DNA from: a virus
Taxonomy: Duplodnaviria > Caudoviricetes
Virus record (IMG/VR): IMGVR_UViG_3300033147_000418
Span: 2,193-66,192 of that record
DNA length: 64,000 nucleotides
Direction: 5' to 3' (one strand)
In this document: piece after piece, positions 1 through 9,403 of the stretch
How the letters are laid out: every line of letters begins with the position of its first letter
Position numbering within the stretch: position 1 is the stretch's first letter
Notes under the pieces: generated by a model
What the model was told of the DNA's origin: nothing
The model's database searches: none
The model's input: only the letters and a program-made list of their open reading frames with translations
Program-made: the position numbers and the translations under genes

Positions 1-5
1 GGAGA

Positions 6-557
6 TTGCCTCGCGCCATGCTCATCGACGCGCGCCTGTTCAGATACCTACGCAGCGTGGTCAACAGGGACTGGGCCGCGATAGACGTCTGCGCGAACCA
101 GCTGAGAGTGAAGGGCGCCGACTTTGCTGTCATCGCTCAGGCTGCATCCGGGACGGAGAAGAAAGACATCCGCGCCTGGCGAGACCTGATGCCTGACTAC
201 GGCGGTTTCTGGATGGCCGACCAGCGAGATCTTGAGCGGGTGTTGCGCAGCGCGACATCAGACGATATTCGAATCTGCATGGACGGCCTCAGGAACTCTC
301 TGTCGTTTGCAAGCCTGACGGATGGAGCTCGGTACAGAGAGGAGATGGCGGCGAAAGACTTCGGGGGGGCCAGCACTGTCGACGTCGTTGTCAACAAGAA
401 GCTGCTCCTTGATGCGGTGAAGGCTTGTCGGACAGGCCTGGTGCGGATGGAATTCAACAAGGACCTGCTCGAACAGAAGACTTCGCCGATCGTAATTCGT
501 GGAGACGACGAACTGTTCAGGGCGGTCGTGATGCCGATTGCAAAGGAGACCCGATGA
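6..557 (+). CDS. DNA sliding clamp (DnaN)-like protein, probably 5'-truncated by the window edge
   Basis: C-terminus NKKLLLDAVKAC..VRMEF...SPIVIRGDDELFRAVVMPI resembles the beta-clamp C-terminal domain (N.kyllDal....p........y.vvMP); stop overlaps the next start (ATGA). Confidence 0.5.
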   Translation: MPRAMLIDARLFRYLRSVVNRDWAAIDVCANQLRVKGADFAVIAQAASGTEKKDIRAWRDLMPDYGGFWMADQRDLERVLRSATSDDIRICMDGLRNSLSFASLTDGARYREEMAAKDFGGASTVDVVVNKKLLLDAVKACRTGLVRMEFNKDLLEQKTSPIVIRGDDELFRAVVMPIAKETR

Positions 558-1195
558 CGAGTGCGCAACTACTCCCCGATCCGACGGTGGTCGAAACCCT
601 TAGGCGGATGACTCGGCGCCGCCTGGCCGCCTATGAAATGGTGGCGGTGAAGACCTGGTGTCGGAAGTGCGGGCTCCCCGTGCTGTTGAATGTGGTCCGA
701 GACTACAACCTGGTGGTGCGCCACTTCTACGAGCTCGACGACCAGCCGATGTCCCACAAGAATCTCCACAGGGAGAACGGCGGGTGGGGCATACATTGGC
801 GCCTGGACGAAGTCCTCGCGACACTGTTCCCGCGCGAACACGCGGAGGACTGCTGGCCCAAGCCGGCGTGGTACGAGGGGGACGAGTCGGAGGGGTTCAA
901 CATCCTGGTGCTCGACAAAATCGATCTCGAAGAAGGGGTCGAGGGGCACGTCATGGACGTCGAGTTGCGGATGCTCGTGGAGGCCATCAATCGCGATCCT
1001 CGGTCACGCGAGGATCTGGAGGAGTACTTTGGCGAGGTGTGGGATACGTATGAGCTCTCGGAGCGATTCTCGGTGACTGGATTCCGTGCGCCGTTCGCTG
1101 TCGTCAAGGAGAAGGCCACCGGCGTCCGTGGTAGCGTGCTGTTTCAGAACGCCCCACGTTACTTCTTCGCGTTCGCACCGGACCGTGTGCTGTGA
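554..1195 (+). CDS. hypothetical phage protein
   Basis: ATG at 554 after AAGGAG, overlapping the upstream stop; this is the real part of ORF 425..1195. Confidence 0.7.
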   Translation: MTSAQLLPDPTVVETLRRMTRRRLAAYEMVAVKTWCRKCGLPVLLNVVRDYNLVVRHFYELDDQPMSHKNLHRENGGWGIHWRLDEVLATLFPREHAEDCWPKPAWYEGDESEGFNILVLDKIDLEEGVEGHVMDVELRMLVEAINRDPRSREDLEEYFGEVWDTYELSERFSVTGFRAPFAVVKEKATGVRGSVLFQNAPRYFFAFAPDRVL

Positions 1196-1377
1196 CCTGC
1201 TCTATCTGCAAAGCCGAGATTGCCCCCGGGACTCCCACTGCATCGGTGGTGGGGGGGTTTTTCCCTCGAGAAGACCCCGACTTCTTCATGGCCGATGAAC
1301 AGGTCCTGCGCGAGAGCTATGCTCACCTCGAGTGTTTGCTCAAGCCGTTCAAGGAGGGGGCGTTCCCCCGTGAGTAG
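1192..1377 (+). CDS. small putative Zn-binding protein
   Basis: CxxC...HxxC motif; GTGA overlap with the upstream gene. Confidence 0.55.
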   Translation: MTCSICKAEIAPGTPTASVVGGFFPREDPDFFMADEQVLRESYAHLECLLKPFKEGAFPRE

Positions 1378-1394
1378 CGGCATGCTAAAGTCGA

Positions 1395-1871
1395 ATGGAT
1401 GCGGGGAAAAAAACCGCACCCGATTGCATGCGAATACGGAGACCAATCAACACCGTCGCGACGGAGCAGGTTCGAGGCACTCCCAGCCAGCTACTGGCTG
1501 ATCGATGCCCCGACAGGTTGGTGGTGTTCCCGGAGACAGCGTGCACGAACCTCGGGTGCGAATTCCGCGTGAACAAGTCCGAGTATCTCAACTGCTCATT
1601 CGTTGCTGCCGAGGGAGGAGAACACACCCTTGAAGCGATCGGCGAGATGCTGGGGATCACCCGAGAGGGTGTTCGCCTGATCGAGCGACGAGCGTTGAGG
1701 AAGCTGCGGACATCATTGGACCAGCGCAATGCTAAAGCCTCCGTACAAAAACCGGGTATGGCTGCAGGGACGTGTAACGTCGCACCCCTCAGTAAAATCG
1801 CTCAGCCCCAGGACAAAGCTGACGGCCTTCCAGCTCTCGATGGTCGAGGGTTGGGAGAATGCGTCGGGTGA
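1395..1871 (+). CDS. Cys-rich protein with a sigma70 region-4-like HTH
   Basis: HTLEAIGEMLGITREGVRLIERRALRKLR matches the sigma region 4.2 consensus (TLEEVG..F.VTRERIRQIE..ALRKLR). Start uncertain; 3' end overlaps the next gene. Confidence 0.65.
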   Translation: MDAGKKTAPDCMRIRRPINTVATEQVRGTPSQLLADRCPDRLVVFPETACTNLGCEFRVNKSEYLNCSFVAAEGGEHTLEAIGEMLGITREGVRLIERRALRKLRTSLDQRNAKASVQKPGMAAGTCNVAPLSKIAQPQDKADGLPALDGRGLGECVG

Positions 1872-2631
1872 GTCCAAGGAACGCAAGAACCGGATAGCGA
1901 TCGAGGTTGTGGGCAAAGACTCCGCCCGCGTCGCAGCAGAACTTCGGATCGGCTCATGGGTAACCCTCGAGGGGTATATCCGGTCGGAAAATTTCAAAGG
2001 ACGCGAGTTCATCAAGGTGAGAACCTTGACGATCGACGTGTGGCACGACAAGCTCGCGGAGAGATTCTCTGCCGCCGAGCTCGAGACGGAAGGCCAACGC
2101 TTACCCGGCTGGCGCGACCTGCTCGAGAAGAACAACAAGGCTTCAAAGGCCATTGCTGAACGCCGCGAGCGCATCGAGTTAGCACTGCGTGACGAGGACG
2201 AGGTCCTCTTCCTGCGCGCGCTGGGCGAGTGGGACGCTGCTTGGTGCAGGGTCAACGAGATCCTCGCCGAAGAGTACAGGCAGTCCAACCCCGACTCGAA
2301 GACGTGGGAGCTGCGCTACTTCAAGTGGATGAAGAAGGTCAAGTTCATCCGGTTCGACTCACCGCTGGGGGAGTTCTACCTGGTTCCTCGCGAACCTGGA
2401 TCTCTGCCATCCGGCGCCCTCTGGTACACGGCCGACGAAATGATCGCCATGATCAAGCCCAGCGTGGCTGCTGCGATCACGGCGTTCAAGAAGCTCCCGG
2501 TAAGGGCCGAGACGCTCTCGCGCCCGGGCAAGGGAGAGAACCACATGCACATCGACTTCACCGGGAGCGAGCCGGTCGTGAAGTACGAGTTGTGGAAGGG
2601 AGGTCGCTTTGGTCGAGAAAGCATTCGTTGA
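1729..2631 (+). CDS. SSB/PriB-like OB-fold domain fused to an unknown C-terminal domain
   Basis: NRVWLQGRVTSHP...IEVVGKDS..VAAELRIGSWVTLEGYIRS is an SSB-like pattern; about 200 further aa are unassigned. Confidence 0.6.
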   Translation: MLKPPYKNRVWLQGRVTSHPSVKSLSPRTKLTAFQLSMVEGWENASGESKERKNRIAIEVVGKDSARVAAELRIGSWVTLEGYIRSENFKGREFIKVRTLTIDVWHDKLAERFSAAELETEGQRLPGWRDLLEKNNKASKAIAERRERIELALRDEDEVLFLRALGEWDAAWCRVNEILAEEYRQSNPDSKTWELRYFKWMKKVKFIRFDSPLGEFYLVPREPGSLPSGALWYTADEMIAMIKPSVAAAITAFKKLPVRAETLSRPGKGENHMHIDFTGSEPVVKYELWKGGRFGRESIR

Positions 2632-3073
2632 TGCACTGCAGAGGCATCTGAAGTCACGATACTCGGCGGTGACCATCCGTCCGTCGGACAACTACACGCT
2701 TGGAGTGCCGGATCTTTTGGTGTGGGTGCCGACCTGCAAGTCTGGTTCAACGCTCCCTGTTGCTTGGGCGATGGCTATCGAGGCAAAACAGTTGCGGCCG
2801 TTGATGCCGGATCCGTTTCATCGAGGGCGGCGCACGGGGCAGATGCTCAAGCACCCATTCACCGGTCCTCAGATCTCCATGCTGAGATCCCTCAAGGCCG
2901 CCGGGGTCGAAGCGTTCGGACTTGTCAGGGCCTCGGAGGATATTGCGTTTCGAATTGAGCCGGAGGCGATCCCCGCGAAGACAGGAAACTTCACCCACGA
3001 GGAGTTGGTGAAGTTCTCAGTGGTGGTTCGTCGCACCAATGGCAACTGGCAACTGTTTGGAGGAGAACCATGA
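2609..3073 (+). CDS. PD-(D/E)xK nuclease (Holliday junction resolvase / VRR-NUC-like)
   Basis: E near the N-terminus, GVPDLLV...AIEAK, and a downstream Q-helix (GPQISML). Confidence 0.65.
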   Translation: MVEKAFVDALQRHLKSRYSAVTIRPSDNYTLGVPDLLVWVPTCKSGSTLPVAWAMAIEAKQLRPLMPDPFHRGRRTGQMLKHPFTGPQISMLRSLKAAGVEAFGLVRASEDIAFRIEPEAIPAKTGNFTHEELVKFSVVVRRTNGNWQLFGGEP

Positions 3074-3864
3074 TCAAGTACCTGGTCCAAGACATCGAGA
3101 CAATCCCCGAGAGCGAGATCGCCGGCGACTGGACACCTTCCGAGTCGGACAAGGAGCGCTATCCAGACAAGGATCCGTTTCCTCCGATCTGGGCTCACAA
3201 GGTCGTCTGCATCGGGATGCTGGCGCTCGACGAAGACCTCAAGCCGGTCAAGGGTGGTTGCGCCGCCGGCGGCGCGGCGGGTGGCAAGGGGGAGCGCGCC
3301 GCCATCGAGCGGTGGAACGAAGCTGTGTCCGGCAAGATGTGGAAGCAGGAGCACGCGCTGAGGATGGTCGACTACAACGGTCGCGGGTTTGATGTACCGG
3401 TGCTTCAAACCCGCGCGTACCGCTATGGCATCCAGATGCCGTGGTACTTCGGCCTCCTGCCGGACAACAAGGGTGGCGTCTCGAGCTGGTCGAAGGAGTA
3501 TCGCGATCGCTACGGCGGCCGGCACATCGACGTCCAGGACCTGTGGACCAACAAGGGCGCGTTCCGGTATCCGCACCTCGAGAACCTGGCCAAGCTCATG
3601 GGCCTTCCGGGCAAAGTCGGGATCGATGGCAGCAAGGTGCACCAGGCCTACAAGGACGGGCAGCACAAGGAGATCGACACGTACTGCATGCAGGACGTGT
3701 TTCAGACGGCGTTCATCTTCCAGCGGATCAGGTACCTCTCAGCTCGACTCGACCTCGACGAATACCGCGCCGCGGCGGGCGCGCTGATCGACTTCATCGC
3801 TGAGCAGACGGAGCACACCGAGTTCCTGGGGGCAACAGACCGCGCTGCTGTTTTGCTCGAGTAG
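3070..3864 (+). CDS. DEDD 3'-5' exonuclease (PolB-exonuclease-like)
   Basis: ExoI DIETIP, ExoII YNGRGFDVPVL, ExoIII YCMQDV; SD GGAGGA. Confidence 0.85.
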   Translation: MIKYLVQDIETIPESEIAGDWTPSESDKERYPDKDPFPPIWAHKVVCIGMLALDEDLKPVKGGCAAGGAAGGKGERAAIERWNEAVSGKMWKQEHALRMVDYNGRGFDVPVLQTRAYRYGIQMPWYFGLLPDNKGGVSSWSKEYRDRYGGRHIDVQDLWTNKGAFRYPHLENLAKLMGLPGKVGIDGSKVHQAYKDGQHKEIDTYCMQDVFQTAFIFQRIRYLSARLDLDEYRAAAGALIDFIAEQTEHTEFLGATDRAAVLLE

Positions 3865-3879
3865 TGTAGAATCGGGGCC

Positions 3880-4233
3880 ATGCCCACCCTGAGCATCGCC
3901 GGTACCATCTCGTTCCCCCTCGGGACGGAGGCAACCCCTCCGTCCCGACCGTTCTCCGCGGAACTCGTTTACGCGGAGCGCAATGTCGACGATGTCGTGA
4001 TTACCGGCGCCGTCGCCGATGTCGACCTGATGGGCCGCATCACGGATGCGAAGGCCTGCTACATCGAGGTCGAGTCTGGCGCGGGCGATCTGAAGATCAA
4101 CGGCGCCTCGACTGTCCTTGCGATCTCGGTCGACGGCGGGTTCTGGGTGTGGTTCAACCCGAACGGCGGCCTGTCCGCGCTGACCGTCACGACCGCCGCT
4201 GACTCGGCCTTCAGAGTCTATATGTTCGCATGA
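3880..4233 (+). CDS. hypothetical beta-rich protein, possibly virion-associated
   Basis: Clean 117-aa ORF with beta-strand-like composition; TAGAAT 7 nt upstream. Confidence 0.6.
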   Translation: MPTLSIAGTISFPLGTEATPPSRPFSAELVYAERNVDDVVITGAVADVDLMGRITDAKACYIEVESGAGDLKINGASTVLAISVDGGFWVWFNPNGGLSALTVTTAADSAFRVYMFA

Positions 4234-4246
4234 TCGGTACGTCTGC

Positions 4247-4275
4247 TTGACGTAAGCAACGGATGATCGTAGCGT
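4247..4275 (+). promoter_or_regulatory. sigma70-like promoter
   Basis: TTGACG-N17-TAGCGT, ending 6 nt before ATG 4282. Confidence 0.55.
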
Positions 4276-4281
4276 CGGTTC

Positions 4282-4779
4282 ATGGGGCGCTTGTTCGACT
4301 CGTCAAGGTTGGTTTCCCAGGGAGAATCGCAGCGCGCGGCGCGCGCGCGCGTACGCGAGCGGGCGGCGGAGGCCGACGAGCTGCTGCGTGAGCTCGAGGA
4401 GGACGATGAGGCGAGTCGGGCGCTGGGAGACCGGCTCGCAAAGGCTCAGGTCGTTGCTCCGATCGTCTACGCCGAGTACCGGAAGCCGGGCGGCCGGTGG
4501 TTGATCGAGCACGCGTGCGTCGGGGACGACTACGTCTACCAGCTGTTCCCGGTCAAGCCGCCGAAGATCGTGTGGCAGGACGTCCTGGTGCTGGCCATCG
4601 CGGCGATGGACGTGATCTTCCCGAGCACTGTCGACATCCAATACACGCCACCGAGCGAGCAGTTCCAGGTGCAATTCTACACCATTAGGGCCAAGGGCGT
4701 AGTTGGTCGACCAGGCTGGAAGGACGCGTGCATCGAGCGCGCGCTCCCCAGTCTGGCGTCGATTGAGGCTTGGGGCTGA
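4282..4779 (+). CDS. hypothetical protein
   Basis: 165-aa ORF filling the gap, convergent with the minus-strand operon. Confidence 0.65.
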   Translation: MGRLFDSSRLVSQGESQRAARARVRERAAEADELLRELEEDDEASRALGDRLAKAQVVAPIVYAEYRKPGGRWLIEHACVGDDYVYQLFPVKPPKIVWQDVLVLAIAAMDVIFPSTVDIQYTPPSEQFQVQFYTIRAKGVVGRPGWKDACIERALPSLASIEAWG

Positions 4780-4780
4780 G

Positions 4781-5071
4781 CTACCGGCCGCGGCGCGACA
4801 TGCGCCCCACGGCCTTCAGTCCGAGCGCGGCGAGCAGCCCACCGACGACGCCTTTGCCCAGGGCACCCTTGAACGAGCCCTCCGGCCCGTAGTCGCCGGT
4901 CAGCCCCGCCTTCGTTACCTGGGCACCGTGGAGCGCGCCGGAGCTGAGGGCGCCTGTGGCGGCCAGTCGCTCGACGAGCCGATCTGGCCGCGGCCCCATG
5001 AACCGGGCAACCTTCTTTAGGCCGCCCGGTTCGATTCGAATGAGCTCGTCGGTGAATGCCTCGAGGAACAT
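4781..5071 (-). CDS. small Gly-rich putative internal virion protein (FxDEL leader variant)
   Basis: N-terminus MFLEAFTDELIRI; C-terminal GVVGGLLAALGL hydrophobic segment. Confidence 0.65.
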   Translation of the reverse strand: MFLEAFTDELIRIEPGGLKKVARFMGPRPDRLVERLAATGALSSGALHGAQVTKAGLTGDYGPEGSFKGALGKGVVGGLLAALGLKAVGRMSRRGR

Positions 5072-5073
5072 GG

Positions 5074-5850
5074 CTACTGGTTGGCGAACAGCGGAACTCC
5101 GGCGCCGGAGAGCATCATGCGGATGGGGCGAACCCTATCGAACTGGAGGCTGACGCCCTCCATGAGAAGGACCGACCCGGAGCTGATCGACAGCTGGTGC
5201 CCCTGAACGTAGCACTCCTCGAGGTAGACGGCGCCGAGCGTCATGTCGAGCTGGTTGCGGAAGTAGATCGCGAGTCCGGTGGGCTGGTTGAAGATGTCCG
5301 AGGCCAGGTTCAGCCACAGGTTGTCGAAGCCTGGGCTGTACTTGACCCGGTGGAGCTCCTGCTGGAGCGCGGGCAGCTCGAGCATGGTGGCGTTGGGGTG
5401 CGGGATGTCGATGCCGCCGATCGGAAGAGTGGCGTCTTTGCCCTCGGAGTTGATCTGGATGGCGCCCGACGCGGTCTGCTTGTAGTGAGCGTACAGCACC
5501 TTGAGCAGGGACGGTCCGTGGTAGAGGACCCTGCCTAGGGTCACCGACCCAATGGTGCGCCCGGGGATGAAGTAGCTGCGGCTCGAGCCGATCTCGAAGA
5601 TGCGCTGCAGCTGCTTGGACTGGCTCAGCCCCACGTTCTCGAGCACCCCGATGGGGAAGACCTGGTCGGCTTCGGGGTCGTCGATGGTCGAGTCACCGTT
5701 GCCGATGTCGGACAGCCTCGGCGGGCCGGCGGCGATCAGCGTTGTTTCAGCGCTGACGAACTCGCCACCAAAGAGCTCGCTCTGGACGTGGTGGTTGTGG
5801 AAGTCCCAGTTATTGAAGGCAGTTGTGGCTGCTGGACGAATACGAGACAT
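5074..5850 (-). CDS. putative tail tube protein
   Basis: Immediately downstream of the sheath; IGVLENVGLSQSKQLQRIFEIGS...GSVTLGRV is a tube-like pattern. Confidence 0.65.
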   Translation of the reverse strand: MSRIRPAATTAFNNWDFHNHHVQSELFGGEFVSAETTLIAAGPPRLSDIGNGDSTIDDPEADQVFPIGVLENVGLSQSKQLQRIFEIGSSRSYFIPGRTIGSVTLGRVLYHGPSLLKVLYAHYKQTASGAIQINSEGKDATLPIGGIDIPHPNATMLELPALQQELHRVKYSPGFDNLWLNLASDIFNQPTGLAIYFRNQLDMTLGAVYLEECYVQGHQLSISSGSVLLMEGVSLQFDRVRPIRMMLSGAGVPLFANQ

Positions 5851-5876
5851 GCGCGGTTCTCCTTCTCAGGGCTCCC

Positions 5877-8714
5877 CTACACCAGGAGGGTCAGCTTGAT
5901 GTTGTTGAGCGGCAGCGGCACATCGATGTCGATGTCGATCTCCACGGTGTCGGCGTTAGTCGAAGACTCTTCGATGCGAACGAGTGAGCCGTTGCGGATG
6001 GGTGCGCCCACGCGCGCGGCGCGCTGCTCGAGCAGGAACTGGATCCCAGCTTCGCCGCGGGTCTTGAGCAGGTCCAGCAGCGTGTCCGTGATGTTGTAGA
6101 CCCCGATGAACGGGCGATACACGGTGCGGAAGAACCGGGCGATGAGGTCCACGTTCTTGGTGACCGACAACTCCTGGAACAGGATCGCCGACAGGTCGGT
6201 GGTGAGCTGGTGGCGGATGCTGAGAGCTGCGTCGGCAACGGGCTGCGTGAAGATGAAGTTGCCGCCGCCGGCGATCGTGTCGAGCTGGGTGTCGCTGAAC
6301 CTGTCGTCCGAGTTCTCTCGGCCGACGAACCCGGCAACGCTCAGGTTGGTGAACCCGGCCTGGCTCGGCAGGCCAGCGCACATCCCGGCAAGGACGGCGC
6401 CGGCGAAGTAGCCGGGGACCTTCGTCGCGACCGAATTGACAGAGACCGCCAAGATGTCGGGCCACGTGTGGATGACGCGCCTGGAGGCGAACGACGTCGC
6501 GTAGCCTGCCAGGAAGGTCGCCTGCTCAGCCAGGGTGAGGTCCTTGACGATGGTGTAGACCACGTCTTCGATGGTGCCGCCGAATCCAGCGGTCGGGTCG
6601 GACACGAGGGCCAGCTGGCTCTCCGAGGTGATCGACTCGACCGCGTGCCGCGTCCCCGTGATGAACGCGTCCTCGGCCGTGCTCGGAGTGATCGAGAGGA
6701 GGTCCAGCGTGGTGAGTCCGGTCTGCGGCAGGAGGCCGGAGAACACCTCGGTGACCGGGGTGGTCAGATTGCTGGTGCGGACTTTGGTCGTGGACAGGAC
6801 GGCCTCGATGACGTGGTCGGCGTTGTTGCCGGCCTCCTGGGCCCCAGCAACGCTGAGCTTGCGGCCGACATCCTCGGACGTGAAGATCGCCCCCAGGATC
6901 GTCCATTCGCGGCTGGTGCCGTTGACTTCGTCGGATGCGATGTCGCGGGCCGGATCTCGATTGATGATGTAGATGTCGGCGGTGACGTCGCCCGCCGTGA
7001 AAGTCTCGGTGGCAGCGGGAACCTCGACGGTCGTGATGGTCGTAGCGTTGACGAACCCGCCGATGAGGAAGACCCCGTTGTTGCCGGCGGTGGGGGCGTT
7101 CGTGACGAACATGAGCCGCCCGACATCGGCCTCGGTGAATGCCCCGCCCGCGAAGACCCACGTCTTCGTGGCCGCGTTGACGTTGTCGGCGACGTTGACG
7201 CCGGAGCTGCGCGACAGATCGGCAATCCACGCGCGTGTGGTGCTCACCATGAGCTCGGCCGCCGCCGGCGCCGGCGAGACCGTGACGTTGACGGGGCTGT
7301 TGATGGTGCCGATGTCGTAGACCTGGTCGTTGCCAGGCGTGGTGGCGTCTCGGACCAGGATGAAGCGGACGAGGTCGCCGGAGACGAATGCCGCGTTGGT
7401 CATCTGGATGGCGAGCGCGGTGTCCTCGAACCAGTCACTCTCGTCCGGGGTGACCGAACGATGGATCCCCTGGACCGCCGTGTAGGCGCTGATCTCGATG
7501 AAATGGCCTACGTTGACGCCGTCGGTGATGTAGCCACCGTTCGTGGGGTCCTTGAAGATCTTGTTCGTTGCCCCGCTGGTGCCGTTGCCAGCTCCGGCCG
7601 AGGTCACCGACCCAATGCCGCTCGAGGGGACCACGGTCTCTTCCTCGACCAGGGTCCGGTTGATGAACGCGATGCGCTCCCGGCCGATGGTGGACAAGGA
7701 CATGCCTTCGACGTGAGTCTTGGCGGTCTGGTGGACGGCGGTGTTGTGGGTCAGGACAGAGATGGCGTAGACGTCCTTGGACTCCAGGTACTCGAACGCC
7801 GTCTGCCACGAGGCCTCCTCCGCAGAGAAGAAATCGCTCCCGAGCCCGGTGAAGGACACCTCGGTGGTGGTGTTCTGCAGGGCGAGGTTGACCGCGTAGG
7901 CGCCGGCGTTGGCCGGAACGACGGCACCGACACCGAAGATCGCTTCGAGCGAGTCCAGGTCGGTGAAGACGTTGAGGGCGCTGGCCAGGTCCGGGCGCAG
8001 CGCGCGCCACGACAGAAGGATCGTGGCTTCGACGACGGGGAGCGCAACGGTGTCGAGGGACGCGAGTCCGGGTAGAACGTCGACCGAGTCTGCGTCGGCG
8101 CTGATTCCGTTGTCGGAGAAGTCCGCGTTCGTGTATTCCTCTTCCTCGCGGAACTCGAGCACGCGATATTCGACGTTGGTCAGCGGCAGGGTGCTCTGCC
8201 ACTCGGCCGCGACGACGAGGTTGTTGTCGTCGGTCTTGCTGATGACCAGCTTGCGGCCGACATCTGCGGCGTCGATGCCCGCGGCCGCGATCACGTCGAT
8301 GTAGAACGTGGGAGCTCCGCTGGCGTCCGGATCGAACGCCGAGAATGCACCGGTGGAATTGTCCGTGAACACGTTCGGCGTTGCCAGCTGGCCCGTGATC
8401 AGGCTTGTCGACGGAAGCGTGGGCTCCTTGACGAGGTACGCGTTCGAGAGCTTCAAGCTCACTGGCTTGTGGGCGTTGGCCTCAGCCTCGCTCGTCGGCG
8501 CGGCGTCCAGGTCGACGACGGCGCCGGCCGTCAGGCCGCTGTACGAGTAGGACGTGATACCGAGATCATCCTCGGAGTACGCCCCGACGCTCACGTCTTC
8601 GGCGATTTGAAAGCCAGGGCCGGCCACGACGGCGGGCAAGGACGGCAGCGCGAGAGCGGCCGCGGCGTTCTGAAACTCTTGAATGACTTCGATTGCAGGT
8701 CGGCGGTATGCCAT
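5877..8714 (-). CDS. contractile tail sheath protein with inserted repeat domains
   Basis: N-terminus MAYRRPAIEVIQE; C-terminal sheath features (VPGYFAGAVLAG, IRHQLTTD, ELSVTKNVD, VPLPLNNIKLTL); 945 aa. Confidence 0.85.
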   Translation of the reverse strand: MAYRRPAIEVIQEFQNAAAALALPSLPAVVAGPGFQIAEDVSVGAYSEDDLGITSYSYSGLTAGAVVDLDAAPTSEAEANAHKPVSLKLSNAYLVKEPTLPSTSLITGQLATPNVFTDNSTGAFSAFDPDASGAPTFYIDVIAAAGIDAADVGRKLVISKTDDNNLVVAAEWQSTLPLTNVEYRVLEFREEEEYTNADFSDNGISADADSVDVLPGLASLDTVALPVVEATILLSWRALRPDLASALNVFTDLDSLEAIFGVGAVVPANAGAYAVNLALQNTTTEVSFTGLGSDFFSAEEASWQTAFEYLESKDVYAISVLTHNTAVHQTAKTHVEGMSLSTIGRERIAFINRTLVEEETVVPSSGIGSVTSAGAGNGTSGATNKIFKDPTNGGYITDGVNVGHFIEISAYTAVQGIHRSVTPDESDWFEDTALAIQMTNAAFVSGDLVRFILVRDATTPGNDQVYDIGTINSPVNVTVSPAPAAAELMVSTTRAWIADLSRSSGVNVADNVNAATKTWVFAGGAFTEADVGRLMFVTNAPTAGNNGVFLIGGFVNATTITTVEVPAATETFTAGDVTADIYIINRDPARDIASDEVNGTSREWTILGAIFTSEDVGRKLSVAGAQEAGNNADHVIEAVLSTTKVRTSNLTTPVTEVFSGLLPQTGLTTLDLLSITPSTAEDAFITGTRHAVESITSESQLALVSDPTAGFGGTIEDVVYTIVKDLTLAEQATFLAGYATSFASRRVIHTWPDILAVSVNSVATKVPGYFAGAVLAGMCAGLPSQAGFTNLSVAGFVGRENSDDRFSDTQLDTIAGGGNFIFTQPVADAALSIRHQLTTDLSAILFQELSVTKNVDLIARFFRTVYRPFIGVYNITDTLLDLLKTRGEAGIQFLLEQRAARVGAPIRNGSLVRIEESSTNADTVEIDIDIDVPLPLNNIKLTLLV

Positions 8715-8737
8715 CTAACGCTCCTCCTGATTGCTCG

Positions 8738-9403
8738 CTAGGGTGTGCCACTCCTGCTTGTCCGCACAACGATGTCTCGCAGTTTCCTGGATTTCGGGGT
8801 GACACTCCAGCGTCGCTGCACCATCGCCTGGATAGCAACAGGCACTACTGAAATCTCAGGTCTCGAATCCGTTTTTACCAGGGCTTCTTCGCCCATGCTC
8901 GTGGCCTCAATTTTGAAAAAGCCCAGGTGATTCGGGACCATGATACCTTGTCTTGCGATTTTCCGCAGGACGTCCCGGAATACCTGAAACGACTCGTGGA
9001 GGTAGCCGGCGATATCCTCGGCCTCCATGCCTTGCCTTGAGAAGCAAGAGAGCGTTGCGCTGCCCTGGATGAGGTCCGTGTGGGTCCTCTTGTCTGTCCG
9101 CAAGTCGATGGATTGAAGCTGGCGAAAGCCGCTGGTCTTCATCCACCGAAGAGGGCCACGGTTTGCCACAACCGCCGGGGTGCTACCGACCTGGTCGAGG
9201 TCGAACGAGTACTTGTCGACGACCATGATCTGGGTCTTTGATTGCTCGGCGTCCCAACAAAAGCCCAGAGGATTGCCCTCGTAGAAGAGTAGCTGCGCGA
9301 CCTCGAGGGCGAACCCCTTGATGACGTTGTGCGCCCGGACGTAGCGCTTCTCCGGGTTGTGAAGACTCCGCGCGTTGTCCTGGTGTGTGACCGGCTCGCT
9401 CAT
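8738..9403 (-). CDS. putative tail terminator / neck protein
   Basis: Position between head-completion genes and sheath; 221 aa. Confidence 0.5.
   Translation of the reverse strand: MSEPVTHQDNARSLHNPEKRYVRAHNVIKGFALEVAQLLFYEGNPLGFCWDAEQSKTQIMVVDKYSFDLDQVGSTPAVVANRGPLRWMKTSGFRQLQSIDLRTDKRTHTDLIQGSATLSCFSRQGMEAEDIAGYLHESFQVFRDVLRKIARQGIMVPNHLGFFKIEATSMGEEALVKTDSRPEISVVPVAIQAMVQRRWSVTPKSRKLRDIVVRTSRSGTP

Noticed and set aside
4331-4360. Alternating GC run (gcgcgcgcgcgc)
   Set aside because: It encodes RAARARVR in a high-GC gene; no evidence of a separate function.
6210-8075. Long antisense ORFs (also 30491..32047, 36742..38190, 51501..53258, 60228..61721)
   Set aside because: They mirror well-supported minus-strand genes, a common effect of high-GC codon bias; no motifs seen.
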